The notes below the pieces were generated by a model. It did not search any database. It was not told where the DNA came from and worked only from the letters and a program-made list of their open reading frames with translations. A DNA stretch of 64,000 bases, taken from the NCBI GenBank assembly GCA_964535655.1, contig CAZHTP010000004.1, positions 139,108-203,107 of the forward strand, read 5' to 3'. Of the stretch, positions 1-10,482 are shown in pieces. The translations under genes and the position numbers were made by a program. Position 1 is the first letter of the stretch. Each line of letters starts with the position of its first letter. This DNA comes from an uncultured Gammaproteobacteria bacterium. GTDB lineage: Bacteria; Patescibacteriota; Microgenomatia; JALYQM01.

Positions 1-368
1 ACTTTTTCATTCCAGTATTTTTTACCAAGCAAATAGATTAACACCACTGAACACGCCCCTGCTGCGCTTGTTATGGCACGAACCATCCACATTGAGGAAT
101 TACCGGTTATAGTAAAGAGAAAGGCTAAGACTAGAGGATGGAGTAATCCCCAGAAAAGGTCCATTCCTTTTAAGTCCCAAACACGTAAAAACCCTTGGTG
201 CAAACCAATTTCCTTTGTAAGATAGCCTATTTGCCAATGGTGGTACGAGTCGCCAAACCATCCTGCACCCGGGTTATCTGCATCTGTGGCAATTGTAAAA
301 AAGTAGAGTCGTAAAGAAATCGCTAGGACAAAGAGCGCTACGCAAATAAATAACGTTTTTTTGCTCAT
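1..368 (-). CDS. Partial CDS (3' end beyond window start): N-terminal part of a polytopic membrane protein, possibly a GT-C (ArnT/PMT-like) glycosyltransferase
   Basis: Hand translation of the minus strand from ATG at 368 is open to position 1 (MSKKTLFICVALFVLAISLRLYFF...GDSYHHWQIGYL...). It resembles the N-terminus of ORF 39902..41086. Not in the ORF track because it is truncated by the window edge. Confidence 0.4.
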   Translation of the reverse strand, partial: MSKKTLFICVALFVLAISLRLYFFTIATDADNPGAGWFGDSYHHWQIGYLTKEIGLHQGFLRVWDLKGMDLFWGLLHPLVLAFLFTITGNSSMWMVRAITSAAGACSVVLIYLLGKKYWNEK

Positions 369-495
369 CTTCTTTTTTACTACAGTAGGTTGTAGGAGGG
401 GTGTTTGAGAATCTTTAACCTCGTCATCTTCGTAGTAGCCGTCTTGGGTGGTTTTCATATTAGTATAATAAATGGTTTGGGGAATGAGGTAAAGG

Positions 496-1050
496 TTGTA
501 TAATGAGTTGGAAAGGAAAATTATGAATTTAATTTTGCTACCCGGAAATGACAAAAGTAATCGTGAATGGATTGACATGGTAGAAACTTCGCTTTCTCCG
601 TTATTTGATCATACGGCAGTTCATTATTATGATCATTGGTGGTCTGAAGGGGGAGAAATAGATTTAGAAGTTGAGCTTGATAAGTTGGCGGTGACTGTCT
701 CTCAGTTTGATACGTATGTGATTTTTGCTAAGTCTGCAGGAGTTTTACTTGCTTTGTATGGTATTTTTGAAGGGATTCTCGACCCGGAAGTTTGCATTTT
801 TGTAGGAAGTGCTTTTCCTTGGGGAAAAGCTCAAGGGTATGATTTAGATAATTGGTTAATAAACTATGCAGTGCCAACCCTTTTTATACAGAAAACAGAT
901 GACCCGGCATTATCTTTTGAAGGATTGAGGTTATTGCTTTTGGATCGAAATGTTTCTGGTAATATACTCAAAGAGATACCCGGAGATGGCCATGAGTATG
1001 AAAATATTGGACAATTACGTGAGTTAACGGAAGGATTTGTTGATTTGTGA
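496..1050 (+). CDS. alpha/beta-hydrolase-fold serine hydrolase (YdeN/RBBP9-like), tentative
   Basis: About 180 aa; nucleophile-elbow-like FAKSAG; Asp/His later in the sequence; size and order typical of small esterases. Confidence 0.4.
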   Translation: MYNELERKIMNLILLPGNDKSNREWIDMVETSLSPLFDHTAVHYYDHWWSEGGEIDLEVELDKLAVTVSQFDTYVIFAKSAGVLLALYGIFEGILDPEVCIFVGSAFPWGKAQGYDLDNWLINYAVPTLFIQKTDDPALSFEGLRLLLLDRNVSGNILKEIPGDGHEYENIGQLRELTEGFVDL

Positions 1051-1853
1051 CAATAGATTTTGATTATCAAAAGAAGGTGTGGGGGACTGCTGTTCCTTCT
1101 TGTTCTCCTTTTTCGCTGGCTGGACTTCGCTTCTATTATTTTCTTAAAAATATTCGAGGAATTTACGGTACGCTGTTGGAGATTGGATGTGGCGCCGGTG
1201 GAAATCTTCAAGCATTGCGCAAGTATCGTCCTTATCTTGAGCTGTATGGGGTAGATATCGGAAGAGCCGCTATAGAGTATGGACGCGAGCATTTTCCACT
1301 ATTACATTTACAGATTGCACCTGCGGAAGTTTTACCTTTTGAAAATGAAACTTTTGATATCGTTTGCTATTTTGATGTGCTTGAGCATGTACGTGACCCT
1401 TCCGCCTGTATAGATGAGTCCTATCGGGTACTAAAAAAAGGAGGGGTATTGCATGCGTATGTTCCTTGTGAGGGAGAGCTATTCTCGTTACATGGTATTT
1501 TAAACAAGGCTGGTCTTAATTTAAAAGAAAAGAGTGCCGGGCATATTCAAAAGTTAACGAAAAGGCAGTTAATTGCATTTTGTGAGTCAGCAGGCTTTGC
1601 TGTAACTGAGACGGCCTGGAGCTGCCATTTACTTAATCAGATTGGGGATATTGGTTATTATTTATGGCTTACCCTTAGTGGTAAAAAGTTAGAACAGTCA
1701 CTTGAAGGAAGCATAGATACTAAACCCCCTTTTATTCGAGGTTTTTTGTCCTTTAACAAAAGTTTAGCTAGCGCTATCTGGTATTGGGAATCACGCTTAC
1801 TGTGGAAAATACCTGGCGCAGGATTACATATTACTTGTAGGAAGTCATTATGA
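1047..1853 (+). CDS. class I SAM-dependent methyltransferase
   Basis: Motif I LEIGCGAGGNL; acidic motif II; VLEHV post-I region; VLKKGG motif. Confidence 0.75.
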   Translation: MTIDFDYQKKVWGTAVPSCSPFSLAGLRFYYFLKNIRGIYGTLLEIGCGAGGNLQALRKYRPYLELYGVDIGRAAIEYGREHFPLLHLQIAPAEVLPFENETFDIVCYFDVLEHVRDPSACIDESYRVLKKGGVLHAYVPCEGELFSLHGILNKAGLNLKEKSAGHIQKLTKRQLIAFCESAGFAVTETAWSCHLLNQIGDIGYYLWLTLSGKKLEQSLEGSIDTKPPFIRGFLSFNKSLASAIWYWESRLLWKIPGAGLHITCRKSL

Positions 1854-2938
1854 AAGTCGCACTCGTTCATGATTTTCTATTGCAGTATGGCGGTGCAGAA
1901 CGGGTGTTAGAAGAGTTTGTTGCCATGTTTCCTGGAGCAGTAATTTATACGTTATGTTTTGATGTCGTAGCCTTTCCAGAAAAGTGGAAAAAATTTACCA
2001 TCATTCCTGTTGCCAGAAGATTACCATTTATTGAACGATATCCTCAATTGTATGCGCCGTATCTTGTTGCACGAATGCATTCCATTGATTTTTCAGAATT
2101 TGATGTTGTAATTTCTTCTGATACTATTTTTGCTAAAATGATAATAAGAGGAGAAAAAACCAAACATATCTGTTATTCGTACTCTCCAGCGGATATGTTG
2201 TATCATTTTTTGCCTCAAAGGAAAAAGCGTTCAACTCTTCAAACAATATTCACAGGGATGCAAAAATCATTTTTACGTAGAGAAGATTATTTTTCTGCAC
2301 AGCTGCCTGACAAGATTATTGTTTTATCTTGCCATGTCGGAGCTCGGGTACAAAAATATTATCGAAGAGCATATGAAGTTATTTACCCCCCTGTCATTTT
2401 AAGCCAACAAACTGAGTATCTGTCTTCTCAAGGGGAGTATTATTTACTTGTATCACGATTAGTTCCTAATAAGCATATAGACTTAGCTGTAAAGTGTTGT
2501 ACTGAACATGGGATTCCATTGATTATTGTGGGTAAGGGTTCTGAACTTGCTACTTTACAGTCTTACGCAGGAATAACAGTTACTTTTGTGACCGATGCTG
2601 ATGATGCAAAACGAAATGAATTATATTGTCATTGCAGGGGAGTACTGCTTTGTAATGAAGAAGATTTTGGAATCACTCCGGTTGAGGGTATGAGTTATGG
2701 GAAAGGTGTTATTGGTTTGGGGATTGGAGGTATTCTTGAGACTGTCATCCCGCAAGTAACGGGTGTTTTCTTTGCCGAACAAAGTAGTGAAAGCTTATAC
2801 GGAGCGATTAAAGAATTTGAACGACTTTTGATCGATCCTTATGTGTGTCGAAAACAGGCAGAGAAGTTTTCTCGAACTACGTTTATTGCAGCAATTAAAC
2901 GAGTTATTGACGAAGTTAACGTAAAGCGTGTAGTCTAG
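1850..2938 (+). CDS. glycosyltransferase family 4 (GT-B)
   Basis: C-terminal E-x7-E region (GITPVEGMSYGKGVI); overall GT4 layout; start overlaps the upstream stop (operon). Confidence 0.7.
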   Translation: MKVALVHDFLLQYGGAERVLEEFVAMFPGAVIYTLCFDVVAFPEKWKKFTIIPVARRLPFIERYPQLYAPYLVARMHSIDFSEFDVVISSDTIFAKMIIRGEKTKHICYSYSPADMLYHFLPQRKKRSTLQTIFTGMQKSFLRREDYFSAQLPDKIIVLSCHVGARVQKYYRRAYEVIYPPVILSQQTEYLSSQGEYYLLVSRLVPNKHIDLAVKCCTEHGIPLIIVGKGSELATLQSYAGITVTFVTDADDAKRNELYCHCRGVLLCNEEDFGITPVEGMSYGKGVIGLGIGGILETVIPQVTGVFFAEQSSESLYGAIKEFERLLIDPYVCRKQAEKFSRTTFIAAIKRVIDEVNVKRVV

Positions 2939-2948
2939 TTCTACACCT

Positions 2949-3413
2949 ATGATAAAAGGATTAATTCCCTATATTTTATTGTTTTGTTTTTTGTGGTTTA
3001 TGCCTGATATTTTTGTGTTTTCTAAGAATATATCAAATTATATCTATAAGGAAGCCACTGTCAGTCAGTACTCTCGGGTAGAGATTAAGGTAGTAAAAAA
3101 ACTTCCCTACCTTCCTTTAAAATTTGGCGTACTGGCACCAGGTCAGAAAAATTTGCGAGTCGAATTCCTTGATACTACAAAAGATTATGCGATAAGCGCG
3201 CCAATTAATGAAGAAGGTGTTGCTGTAATCGAAGTGATGCCTCACGGAACATATAGGATGTTGGTTGCTCCTGAAGTAGCGTTGCCCCGAGCGGATATTC
3301 TTGAACTTGAGTCAGTTGGACAATCTGTTTTTGATCCTAATACTGTTTTACCGACTTCGGTTGATACGGTGACTGTAACATCGGATCTGTTTATTGCACC
3401 TGTTATTAAATAA
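2949..3413 (+). CDS. hypothetical membrane-anchored/secreted protein
   Basis: N-terminal hydrophobic helix; no recognisable motif; lies between the GT4 and CapA-like genes. Confidence 0.4.
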   Translation: MIKGLIPYILLFCFLWFMPDIFVFSKNISNYIYKEATVSQYSRVEIKVVKKLPYLPLKFGVLAPGQKNLRVEFLDTTKDYAISAPINEEGVAVIEVMPHGTYRMLVAPEVALPRADILELESVGQSVFDPNTVLPTSVDTVTVTSDLFIAPVIK

Positions 3414-4519
3414 TGAAGAAAGTTAGCTTATTTTTCTTGGGATTTATTGTTACCGTGTCGGTAGGTATTTCCTTGCTTTCATTTTTTGTTTCTTCAAAAA
3501 AGGCAGTAGTTCTTTCACCGTCTCTTATGGATGTTAATCCAGCTTCAGCTTCAGAATTAGGAACCTCGATACCTTCCCCTTATGTGGTTTACGAAGCTCT
3601 CTCGCTTGAGAGCATTTTTTCTGCTAATCGTTATAAAAAAACTGATGAAGATGTAACCATTGTTGCGACAGGAGACGTTATTCCTGCTCGAGTTACTAAT
3701 TCAAAAATTGTTGCAAAAGGTGTGGACTATCCGTTTGCGAAAATCGACTCTTTATTAAAAGGTAGTGATCTTTCGGTAATTAATTTAGAATCGCCACTTC
3801 TTAAAAATTGTCAGACCACTGTTGAAGGGATGAGCTTTTGTGGAGCGGCTGGATTTGCTGCTGCAATGAAGCGCCATGGGGTTGGCCTTGCAACACTGGA
3901 GAACAATCATATTGGTAATCAGGGAATTCAAGGAATTACCGAAACAAAAAACCAACTTGCCGCTCAAGGTATACCTTTTGCTCGTTATGATCAGCCTTTT
4001 ATAACTACGATAAAAGGAGAGAAATTTGGATTTTTGCCTGTTAATGGTGTTGGGATTGCAATAGATCGCGTATTATTGGCTTCGCGAATTAGTTTATTGC
4101 GCCCTAAAGTTGATGTGCTTATTGTTTGCGTACATTGGGGTAAAGAGTATACCTATGATCCAGTCGCTGCGCCGGGGATTGCTCCTGATGATCCTCAAGA
4201 AATTGCTCACATCATGATTGATAGTGGAGCCGATGTTGTATTGGGAAATCATCCTCATTGGGTGCAAGGGGTTGAACTGTATAAAGAGGGATTTATCTCT
4301 TATGCTCATGGGAATTTTATTTTTGACCAGGAATGGTCGCAGGAAACAAAAAAAGGCGTTGTGGGATCATATACTTTTGCGCATGGAAAACTCGTGGCAG
4401 TGCACTTTACTCCAATTATTATTGAAGATTATTCACAACCTCGTGAAGCTACACTTGAAGAGGGGAGTGCAATACTTGATTTAATGAGACAGAGTAGTAT
4501 ACGAATTGGAAATCGTTAG
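3413..4519 (+). CDS. CapA/PgsA-family metallophosphoesterase-like protein (poly-gamma-glutamate/capsule synthesis type)
   Basis: N-terminal TM helix; motifs VHWG..EY and GNHPHW are typical of CapA-family calcineurin-like phosphoesterases. Confidence 0.6.
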   Translation: MKKVSLFFLGFIVTVSVGISLLSFFVSSKKAVVLSPSLMDVNPASASELGTSIPSPYVVYEALSLESIFSANRYKKTDEDVTIVATGDVIPARVTNSKIVAKGVDYPFAKIDSLLKGSDLSVINLESPLLKNCQTTVEGMSFCGAAGFAAAMKRHGVGLATLENNHIGNQGIQGITETKNQLAAQGIPFARYDQPFITTIKGEKFGFLPVNGVGIAIDRVLLASRISLLRPKVDVLIVCVHWGKEYTYDPVAAPGIAPDDPQEIAHIMIDSGADVVLGNHPHWVQGVELYKEGFISYAHGNFIFDQEWSQETKKGVVGSYTFAHGKLVAVHFTPIIIEDYSQPREATLEEGSAILDLMRQSSIRIGNR

Positions 4520-4520
4520 A

Positions 4521-6803
4521 TTATTCAGCTTTTGGTACTGTGAAAATGAATTTTGCGCCTTTCCCTTCTTCCGATTCGACCCATATTTTACCACCGTGCA
4601 TTAGCACAATAGATTTAGAAATGTAGAGACCGAGCCCGTTTCCTTTTGATCCTTGTTCAAGTTTTCCTGAGACCCTAAAAAACTTCTCAAATAAGTGGTT
4701 TTGTGCCGATTTAGGTATTCCTTGGCCATTATCTGATACAGAGGTTTCTATCCATGTTCCATCGGCGCTGACGTGCGATTCAACAGTTACCCATCCACCT
4801 TCTTGGGTGTAATTAATTGCATTTGAAACTAAATTAGAAACGACTTCATTAATACGTAATTTATCGACAAAGGCAATTAATTTTGGATCGATTTCTTTAA
4901 CCGTGAGTGTGATATTTTTATTTTTTGCTCGCTCTTTAAATATCTCTACTACTTCAACAACATTTGGCCCCCACTGCTCATTTTTCGTATTAATTGAAAG
5001 TATTCCTTTTTCAATTTTGGTTACATTGAGCATGTTTTCTACTAGAGCGAGTAACTGTTCAGCACTAATTGAGATACGATCGACCAATCCTTTCCATTCG
5101 ATTAGCTGTTTGCTTGTGCTACCTTCCATTTCTTCTCCGAGTACGCTTGAGTAGCCTCGGATAGAGGTTATTGGTGTACGTAATTCGTGTGCTGCCATCG
5201 AGACGAAATCTAGCTTCATTTCTTCAAGTTGAGCCTCGCTCGTTACATCGTGTAAGGTAATAATTACTCCTAAATTTGCAAAATCACCTTCTCTAATTTT
5301 TCCTGTAATTATATTGACAGTAGCGCCTTTGCCGCTTACTGATTTTAATGTTAATTTATTTTTTTGATAAATTACTCCCTCAAAAATCTCAGCATTTTCT
5401 GGACAGTAATCGGAAACTGATAGTTTATTATCGTCATCAATGAATGTAATCAAGCTTTCAATTGGTTTACCCAAGGCATTGATTCCTGGAATGTTAGTTA
5501 ACTGTTGTGCTGCTTTGTTAAAAGTAACAATCTCATTCTGCTTATTTAAGGCTATAACCGCGTCAGTGATACCACTCATTACAATTTCGAGCATATTGCG
5601 TTCTGCCGAAATTGTTTCTTTCTCAGTATTTAGTTCAGTGTTAACTTTATTTAAATCATTGTCGCGCAATTTTAAATCAAAGATCACTTGCTTTAGTCTT
5701 TTTGCCATTTCTTTAAATGAATTTCCTAAATCTTCTATTTCGTCGTGTGTTTGAATATCTAACTTATAATCAAAATTGCCTTTACCAAGTTCACTTGCTC
5801 CAGCTTGCAACTTTCTAATTGGTAGTGTAATGGAGCGACTAACACGTAAAATACTGATTAAAACAAGTAATGTTAATCCTGCGGTGATCGCGATAATGGT
5901 TGTTCTTAAGCTATTGCTGACAGAAAATGCGTGGTCTTTAGCTTGCGCTACTACGAAGGTAAATACAAGATCATCTGTTTTTCTGCAGCGGAACGAACCG
6001 TATACGTCTACATTTTGATAGTCTTTCCAAAATAAGGCACTGCCTTCACGACCTGTAAGACAACTCTGATAGGGAAATGTATTTTTGGGGTTATTTGCTA
6101 TTTCGCCGTGGAGATTGGTAAGGGGAATGCCAGCTTCATCAAGTACATAGATTTCTCCTGAATCAATGTTGTCGCTGTTATTTATAGATTGAGTTGTGTA
6201 AAGATTTCCTTCAATTAGTGACTTGATAACGCTCGTGTTATATTCAACAACGAGTGTTGCCGCAAGTTTATTATCATTTCTTTTTAAAAATGGCGCTGTT
6301 AACGCTATTACTCTGACACCTGAGCTTAAGGTTTCGATAGATCGATAGTGAGGAGTCCGAATAAGGATATCTTTAATAGCCTCATCTTTATTGCGTATAG
6401 GCTTTCCTATATCATCTGTTGTTGTTGAAATTATGATTTCCCCTTTATTGTTGATGATGTAGATTTGCTCAATAAAAGGATTTTCGCGACGTATTGATAC
6501 CAATGAAGAAAAAATATCATCCTTATCGATATCCTCACCTATCGTATAGGCTTCCATTTGGGAAAGTAAGATGTCTTGCGCTGCTATACTTTTAATCCAG
6601 GCTTTATTGCTTTCGAGATAGTTAAGCAGGTTTCGTTCATGAAGCTCTACATTTTTATTGAAAAATGTGGCTAAGGTTTGCGTATATTGCTGTTGTACAG
6701 TTCTGTTCACAATAATTGTTACTATCGCCAGAGGGAGAATTGCGAATAAAAAGAACAGCAATAATAATTTTGTGCGAAAAGAATATCGCCATGCGTGCCA
6801 CAT
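4521..6803 (-). CDS. sensor histidine kinase (N-terminal TM + periplasmic Cache-like sensor, HAMP, PAS, HisKA, HATPase_c)
   Basis: H-box MAAHELRTPITSIRGY; N-box NLVSNAINYT; G-boxes DNGQGI and GLGLYISK; two TM helices bracket a roughly 270-aa extracytoplasmic domain. Confidence 0.85.
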   Translation of the reverse strand: MWHAWRYSFRTKLLLLFFLFAILPLAIVTIIVNRTVQQQYTQTLATFFNKNVELHERNLLNYLESNKAWIKSIAAQDILLSQMEAYTIGEDIDKDDIFSSLVSIRRENPFIEQIYIINNKGEIIISTTTDDIGKPIRNKDEAIKDILIRTPHYRSIETLSSGVRVIALTAPFLKRNDNKLAATLVVEYNTSVIKSLIEGNLYTTQSINNSDNIDSGEIYVLDEAGIPLTNLHGEIANNPKNTFPYQSCLTGREGSALFWKDYQNVDVYGSFRCRKTDDLVFTFVVAQAKDHAFSVSNSLRTTIIAITAGLTLLVLISILRVSRSITLPIRKLQAGASELGKGNFDYKLDIQTHDEIEDLGNSFKEMAKRLKQVIFDLKLRDNDLNKVNTELNTEKETISAERNMLEIVMSGITDAVIALNKQNEIVTFNKAAQQLTNIPGINALGKPIESLITFIDDDNKLSVSDYCPENAEIFEGVIYQKNKLTLKSVSGKGATVNIITGKIREGDFANLGVIITLHDVTSEAQLEEMKLDFVSMAAHELRTPITSIRGYSSVLGEEMEGSTSKQLIEWKGLVDRISISAEQLLALVENMLNVTKIEKGILSINTKNEQWGPNVVEVVEIFKERAKNKNITLTVKEIDPKLIAFVDKLRINEVVSNLVSNAINYTQEGGWVTVESHVSADGTWIETSVSDNGQGIPKSAQNHLFEKFFRVSGKLEQGSKGNGLGLYISKSIVLMHGGKIWVESEEGKGAKFIFTVPKAE

Positions 6804-6810
6804 GTTAGCC

Positions 6811-8103
6811 TTACTGTTGTACGGTATATGTTTCTATGAGCGAAACCTTTTTATCCTTAATTCTCTGGATCGCATAAGGCAGGGAGATGACATCTCCATT
6901 TCGATCGAAGGTAACTTTCCCTGATGCTCCATCGTAATTATTCTGAGTATAGAGATATTCGCCAATTTTGTCGGTATTGTTTGATCCAACTTTTTCGTAT
7001 GCTTCTTTATACATAAACACTAGATCATAGATCGCGACTAGGTCTGTAGGGTAGGTATTGTCTTTGCCATATTCTTCTTTATAGAGGTCGATTATATGTT
7101 TCCCTTTAGGGTTATTCTCATCGAAAAAGGTTTCAATTCCAACAACATCGTCAAGAACTTTACCTTGCTTAGGAATTTCATCACGAGTAAGTAGTACCTC
7201 GGCTGTTAACATCTTGGCGGTTGATCCGGAGTTTTTGAGACCTTGTACAATTAATACCCCAGGTGTAGGAGTTTGAGGAACCATATACACAACGTCAACT
7301 TTTTCTTTGTTTACTTTCTGGATAAATTCGGTAAATTTTGTTGACCCGGTTTCGTACTGTTCACTAAGCATTACTTTACCACCAGCTTTTTCAAATTCAT
7401 CTTTAAATATGCCAACTAGCGCGTTAGCGTAATTGGTATTTTCTCCAATTACAGCTGCTGTTTTTGCACTCATTTTGTTGATGGCGTATTGTGCAGCGGC
7501 TTTCCCTGCTAATGAGTCGGATGATATGTTACGAAAAACATATTTGCCTAATTTGCTGATTTCAGGACTGGTGGCAGAACCTGTGATTGTTATAATTTTT
7601 TTCTTTTGTGCTATCGGTGCTACAGCTAAGAACTCATCAGAGCATTCGCCACCGTGAATTAAATCTACTCCAATTTCATTTATCAACTTTTGTGCAGCAA
7701 TTGCGGCGTCTTGAGCTGTGCAGCGTCCATCTTCGAAAATAAATTTGACTGGGCGACCACCCATGCCACCTTGCTTATTAATTTCCTTTTCAATAACAAG
7801 TGAAGCCTGTTTTGCAGGAACCCCAAATGAGGCCCCATCACCTGTTAATGGTATAACTTCCCCTATGAGAAATGGCTTGTCTGAATTTGATGTTACAGGC
7901 GCGGTGTTACTTGTTGAACTTGCTGGTTGTTTGCTCTTAAGAAATAATCCTAATCCTCCTCCTAATGCTAATCCTGCGACAATGCAAATTGTGCCGAGGA
8001 TTATCACTTTAGAATTTGAATTTTTTATCTGTTCTGCTGTATTTGAATTTATCGTATCTTTGAGAGGAGCGGGTGACACAGTATTGTTTGTTTGATCATT
8101 CAT
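6811..8103 (-). CDS. ABC-transporter substrate-binding protein, periplasmic-binding-protein type I (Leu/Ile/Val-binding-like)
   Basis: N-terminal TM/signal anchor with a low-complexity linker; the PBP1 fold pattern recurs (IGVDLIHGG, VVY.VPQTPT). Confidence 0.65.
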   Translation of the reverse strand: MNDQTNNTVSPAPLKDTINSNTAEQIKNSNSKVIILGTICIVAGLALGGGLGLFLKSKQPASSTSNTAPVTSNSDKPFLIGEVIPLTGDGASFGVPAKQASLVIEKEINKQGGMGGRPVKFIFEDGRCTAQDAAIAAQKLINEIGVDLIHGGECSDEFLAVAPIAQKKKIITITGSATSPEISKLGKYVFRNISSDSLAGKAAAQYAINKMSAKTAAVIGENTNYANALVGIFKDEFEKAGGKVMLSEQYETGSTKFTEFIQKVNKEKVDVVYMVPQTPTPGVLIVQGLKNSGSTAKMLTAEVLLTRDEIPKQGKVLDDVVGIETFFDENNPKGKHIIDLYKEEYGKDNTYPTDLVAIYDLVFMYKEAYEKVGSNNTDKIGEYLYTQNNYDGASGKVTFDRNGDVISLPYAIQRIKDKKVSLIETYTVQQ

Positions 8104-8178
8104 ATGAGATTTTGGGTACTACTATATCTACTGTAGAAGAACCTAAAGGATGATGTCAACGGGAGCGTGTTTTGCTTG

Positions 8179-8251
8179 TCGGAGACGTGAGATTCGAACT
8201 CACGACCTCAGCGTCCCGAACGCTGCGCTCTACCAACTGAGCTAGTCCCCG
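8179..8251 (-). tRNA. tRNA-Pro (anticodon CGG)
   Basis: Hand-folded 73-nt cloverleaf on the minus strand: acceptor cggggac/gtctccg, D-arm gctc-agttggta-gagc, anticodon loop ttCGGga, T-loop ttcgaat. No encoded CCA. Confidence 0.8.
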
Positions 8252-8280
8252 ATATTTTACCTAAAAATTATACTAAATAG

Positions 8281-8351
8281 TGGACCTGAGGGGAATTGAA
8301 CCCCTGTCTGTGCATTGCGAACGCACTGTTCTACCCCTGAACCACAGGCCC
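8281..8351 (-). tRNA. tRNA-Ala (anticodon CGC)
   Basis: 71-nt cloverleaf; the G3:U70 pair in the acceptor is the Ala identity element; anticodon loop ttCGCaa; T-loop ttcaatt. Confidence 0.8.
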
Positions 8352-8391
8352 ATATTGTTTGTTCTCTGCGTGAGGTATTATACTCCTTATT

Positions 8392-8718
8392 ATGACTGAT
8401 TTGACTAAACAAAAATGTGTTCCCTGCGAAGAGGGAGTTGAGCCTTTAAAGCGTTCTGAATTTTCTCAGTACCTTGAACAGGTAAAAGAATGGACCGTTC
8501 TTAATGATCGCGAGTTACAGCGGGAATTTAAGTTTAAGAATTTTCAAGAAGCGCTCAATTTTATAAATAAAGTTGGTGCTATTGCCGAGGAAGAAGGTCA
8601 TCACCCAGATATCTATCTTTATGGATGGAATAAAGTTCGCTTTACCTTAATGACTCATGCGATTGGTGGGCTCTCAATTAATGACTTTGTTCTGGCTTCA
8701 AAAATTGATTTGCTTTAA
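8392..8718 (+). CDS. pterin-4a-carbinolamine dehydratase (PCD/DCoH family)
   Basis: Complete PCD signature EEEGHHPDIYLYGW-x9-H-x8-D. Confidence 0.85.
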   Translation: MTDLTKQKCVPCEEGVEPLKRSEFSQYLEQVKEWTVLNDRELQREFKFKNFQEALNFINKVGAIAEEEGHHPDIYLYGWNKVRFTLMTHAIGGLSINDFVLASKIDLL

Positions 8719-8892
8719 TATTTATTCTCTCTATTCAATTATTTTACGTTAGTTTTTGTTTTTTTAATAGACTTATTTCCCACTTGTATTTTGGGTATTA
8801 TTTGGGTAATGTAGGTTTATTACATGATAATATAACTCGTCAACTCTTTTATCATTTATTTTATTAAGTGGGGGCGAAGAAAGGCAAAGCGT

Positions 8893-10014
8893 ATGGCTAA
8901 GCAAACAGGAAAAGCAGATGTGCAAGTTGAGAACTTGCAAGGGGATTCTAATAAAGCTGCAAAATTGCAGGCACTGCAAACAGCAATGCAACAAATTCAA
9001 AAATCGTATGGTCAAGGTTCGATTATGAAACTTGGTGAACAACAAGCAATGCAAGTTGAAGTTGTTCCCACTGGTTCAATCGCTTTGGATTTAGCATTAG
9101 GAGTAGGTGGCATACCTAAAGGTCGTATTATTGAAATTTATGGTCCGGAAGCCTCAGGTAAAACGACTGTTTGTTTGCATATCATTGCGGAATCGCAAAA
9201 AGCAGGAGGGACCGCTGCTTTTATTGATGCTGAACATGCTTTGGATCCAGTTCGTGCTCAGACTATTGGTGTAGATTTAGATAATTTACTTATTTCTCAG
9301 CCAGATACAGGAGAGCAGGCTTTAGAGATTGCTGAGCAACTTATTCGCTCTGGTGCTGTGGATGTTCTTGTCATTGATTCCGTAGCGGCACTTGTACCAC
9401 GTAGTGAAATTGAAGGTGAAATGGGTGATGCAACGATGGGTGTGCAGGCTCGCTTGATGTCGCAGGCTTTACGAAAACTAACTGCGGTAATTAGTCGCTC
9501 TAAAACAATTGTTATTTTCACTAACCAATTGCGTCAGAAGATTGGTGTGATGTTTGGAAACCCTGAAACAACGACAGGAGGTATGGCACTTAAATTCTAC
9601 TCTTCTATTCGAATGGATATTCGGAAGATTGAAAATATTAAAGGCACAGGGGACAAGATTATTGGCTCCCGGCATCGAGTTAAAGTTGTTAAAAATAAAG
9701 TTGCACCACCTTTTAGAGTTGCTGAATTTGATATGGATGAAAAAGGAATCTCTTTTGCAGGTGGTTTGATTGATGTTGGAATTGAACTTAATGTACTGGT
9801 TAAAGCAGGATCCTTTATTAAACATGATGGTGCTTTATTGGGGCAAGGGCGGGAAGCTGCAAAGGATACCCTTAAGAGTGATCCAGCTTTAGCTCAGAAA
9901 ATTTATGCTGAGATTATGACCGAATGGAAGAAACAGGAAGGCAAGAGCGGTGCTGAACTAGTTGTAGGACAGGATAATGAAGCTATTGATAATGATTTAG
10001 ATATGGAGGGATAA
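8893..10014 (+). CDS. recA: recombinase RecA
   Basis: Walker [10 protein letters not shown]; [13 protein letters not shown]; L2 loop region; length and acidic C-tail. Confidence 0.95.
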   Translation: MAKQTGKADVQVENLQGDSNKAAKLQALQTAMQQIQKSYGQGSIMKLGEQQAMQVEVVPTGSIALDLALGVGGIPKGRIIEIYGPEASGKTTVCLHIIAESQKAGGTAAFIDAEHALDPVRAQTIGVDLDNLLISQPDTGEQALEIAEQLIRSGAVDVLVIDSVAALVPRSEIEGEMGDATMGVQARLMSQALRKLTAVISRSKTIVIFTNQLRQKIGVMFGNPETTTGGMALKFYSSIRMDIRKIENIKGTGDKIIGSRHRVKVVKNKVAPPFRVAEFDMDEKGISFAGGLIDVGIELNVLVKAGSFIKHDGALLGQGREAAKDTLKSDPALAQKIYAEIMTEWKKQEGKSGAELVVGQDNEAIDNDLDMEG

Positions 10015-10017
10015 CCT

Positions 10018-10482
10018 ATGTCGCCAGTTATTCCAATCTCCTCTCGATTTAAATTAATTGCTTCTGTTTATCTTTTTCTAATAAAAGAAAATGGACATAA
10101 CGGAAAAGAAATCTTGCTTTTAAGAAGAGCCAATACTGGTTATCAAGATGGTAAGTATGGTCTTCCCTCGGGACATTTAGATGGAGGCGAGCCACTTAGT
10201 GCCGGAATGAGTAGAGAAGCAAAAGAAGAGATTGGAATTACCATATATACTGATAACCTAAAATTGGTTCATATTATGCATCGTATGGATGAAGATGAAC
10301 GAATGGATTTTTTCTTTGATGCTCAGTTTTTTGAAGGTGAGATTGTTAATAACGAACCTGATAAATGTGATGACTTGTCTTGGTTTCCTGTTTCAAATCT
10401 TCCTGAGAATACCATTCCTTATATAAAGAGCGCGATTGAACATTATTTGAATGGAGACCTTTATTCAGAGTTTGGGTGGTAA
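10018..10482 (+). CDS. NUDIX hydrolase
   Basis: Nudix box GHLDGGEPLSAGMSREAKEEIGI (G-x5-E-x7-REUXEEXGU). Confidence 0.8.
   Translation: MSPVIPISSRFKLIASVYLFLIKENGHNGKEILLLRRANTGYQDGKYGLPSGHLDGGEPLSAGMSREAKEEIGITIYTDNLKLVHIMHRMDEDERMDFFFDAQFFEGEIVNNEPDKCDDLSWFPVSNLPENTIPYIKSAIEHYLNGDLYSEFGW

Noticed and set aside
8719-8892. LexA (SOS/Cheo) box upstream of recA
   Set aside because: No CTGT-N8-ACAG or GAAC-N4-GTTC palindrome was seen in the recA upstream region.
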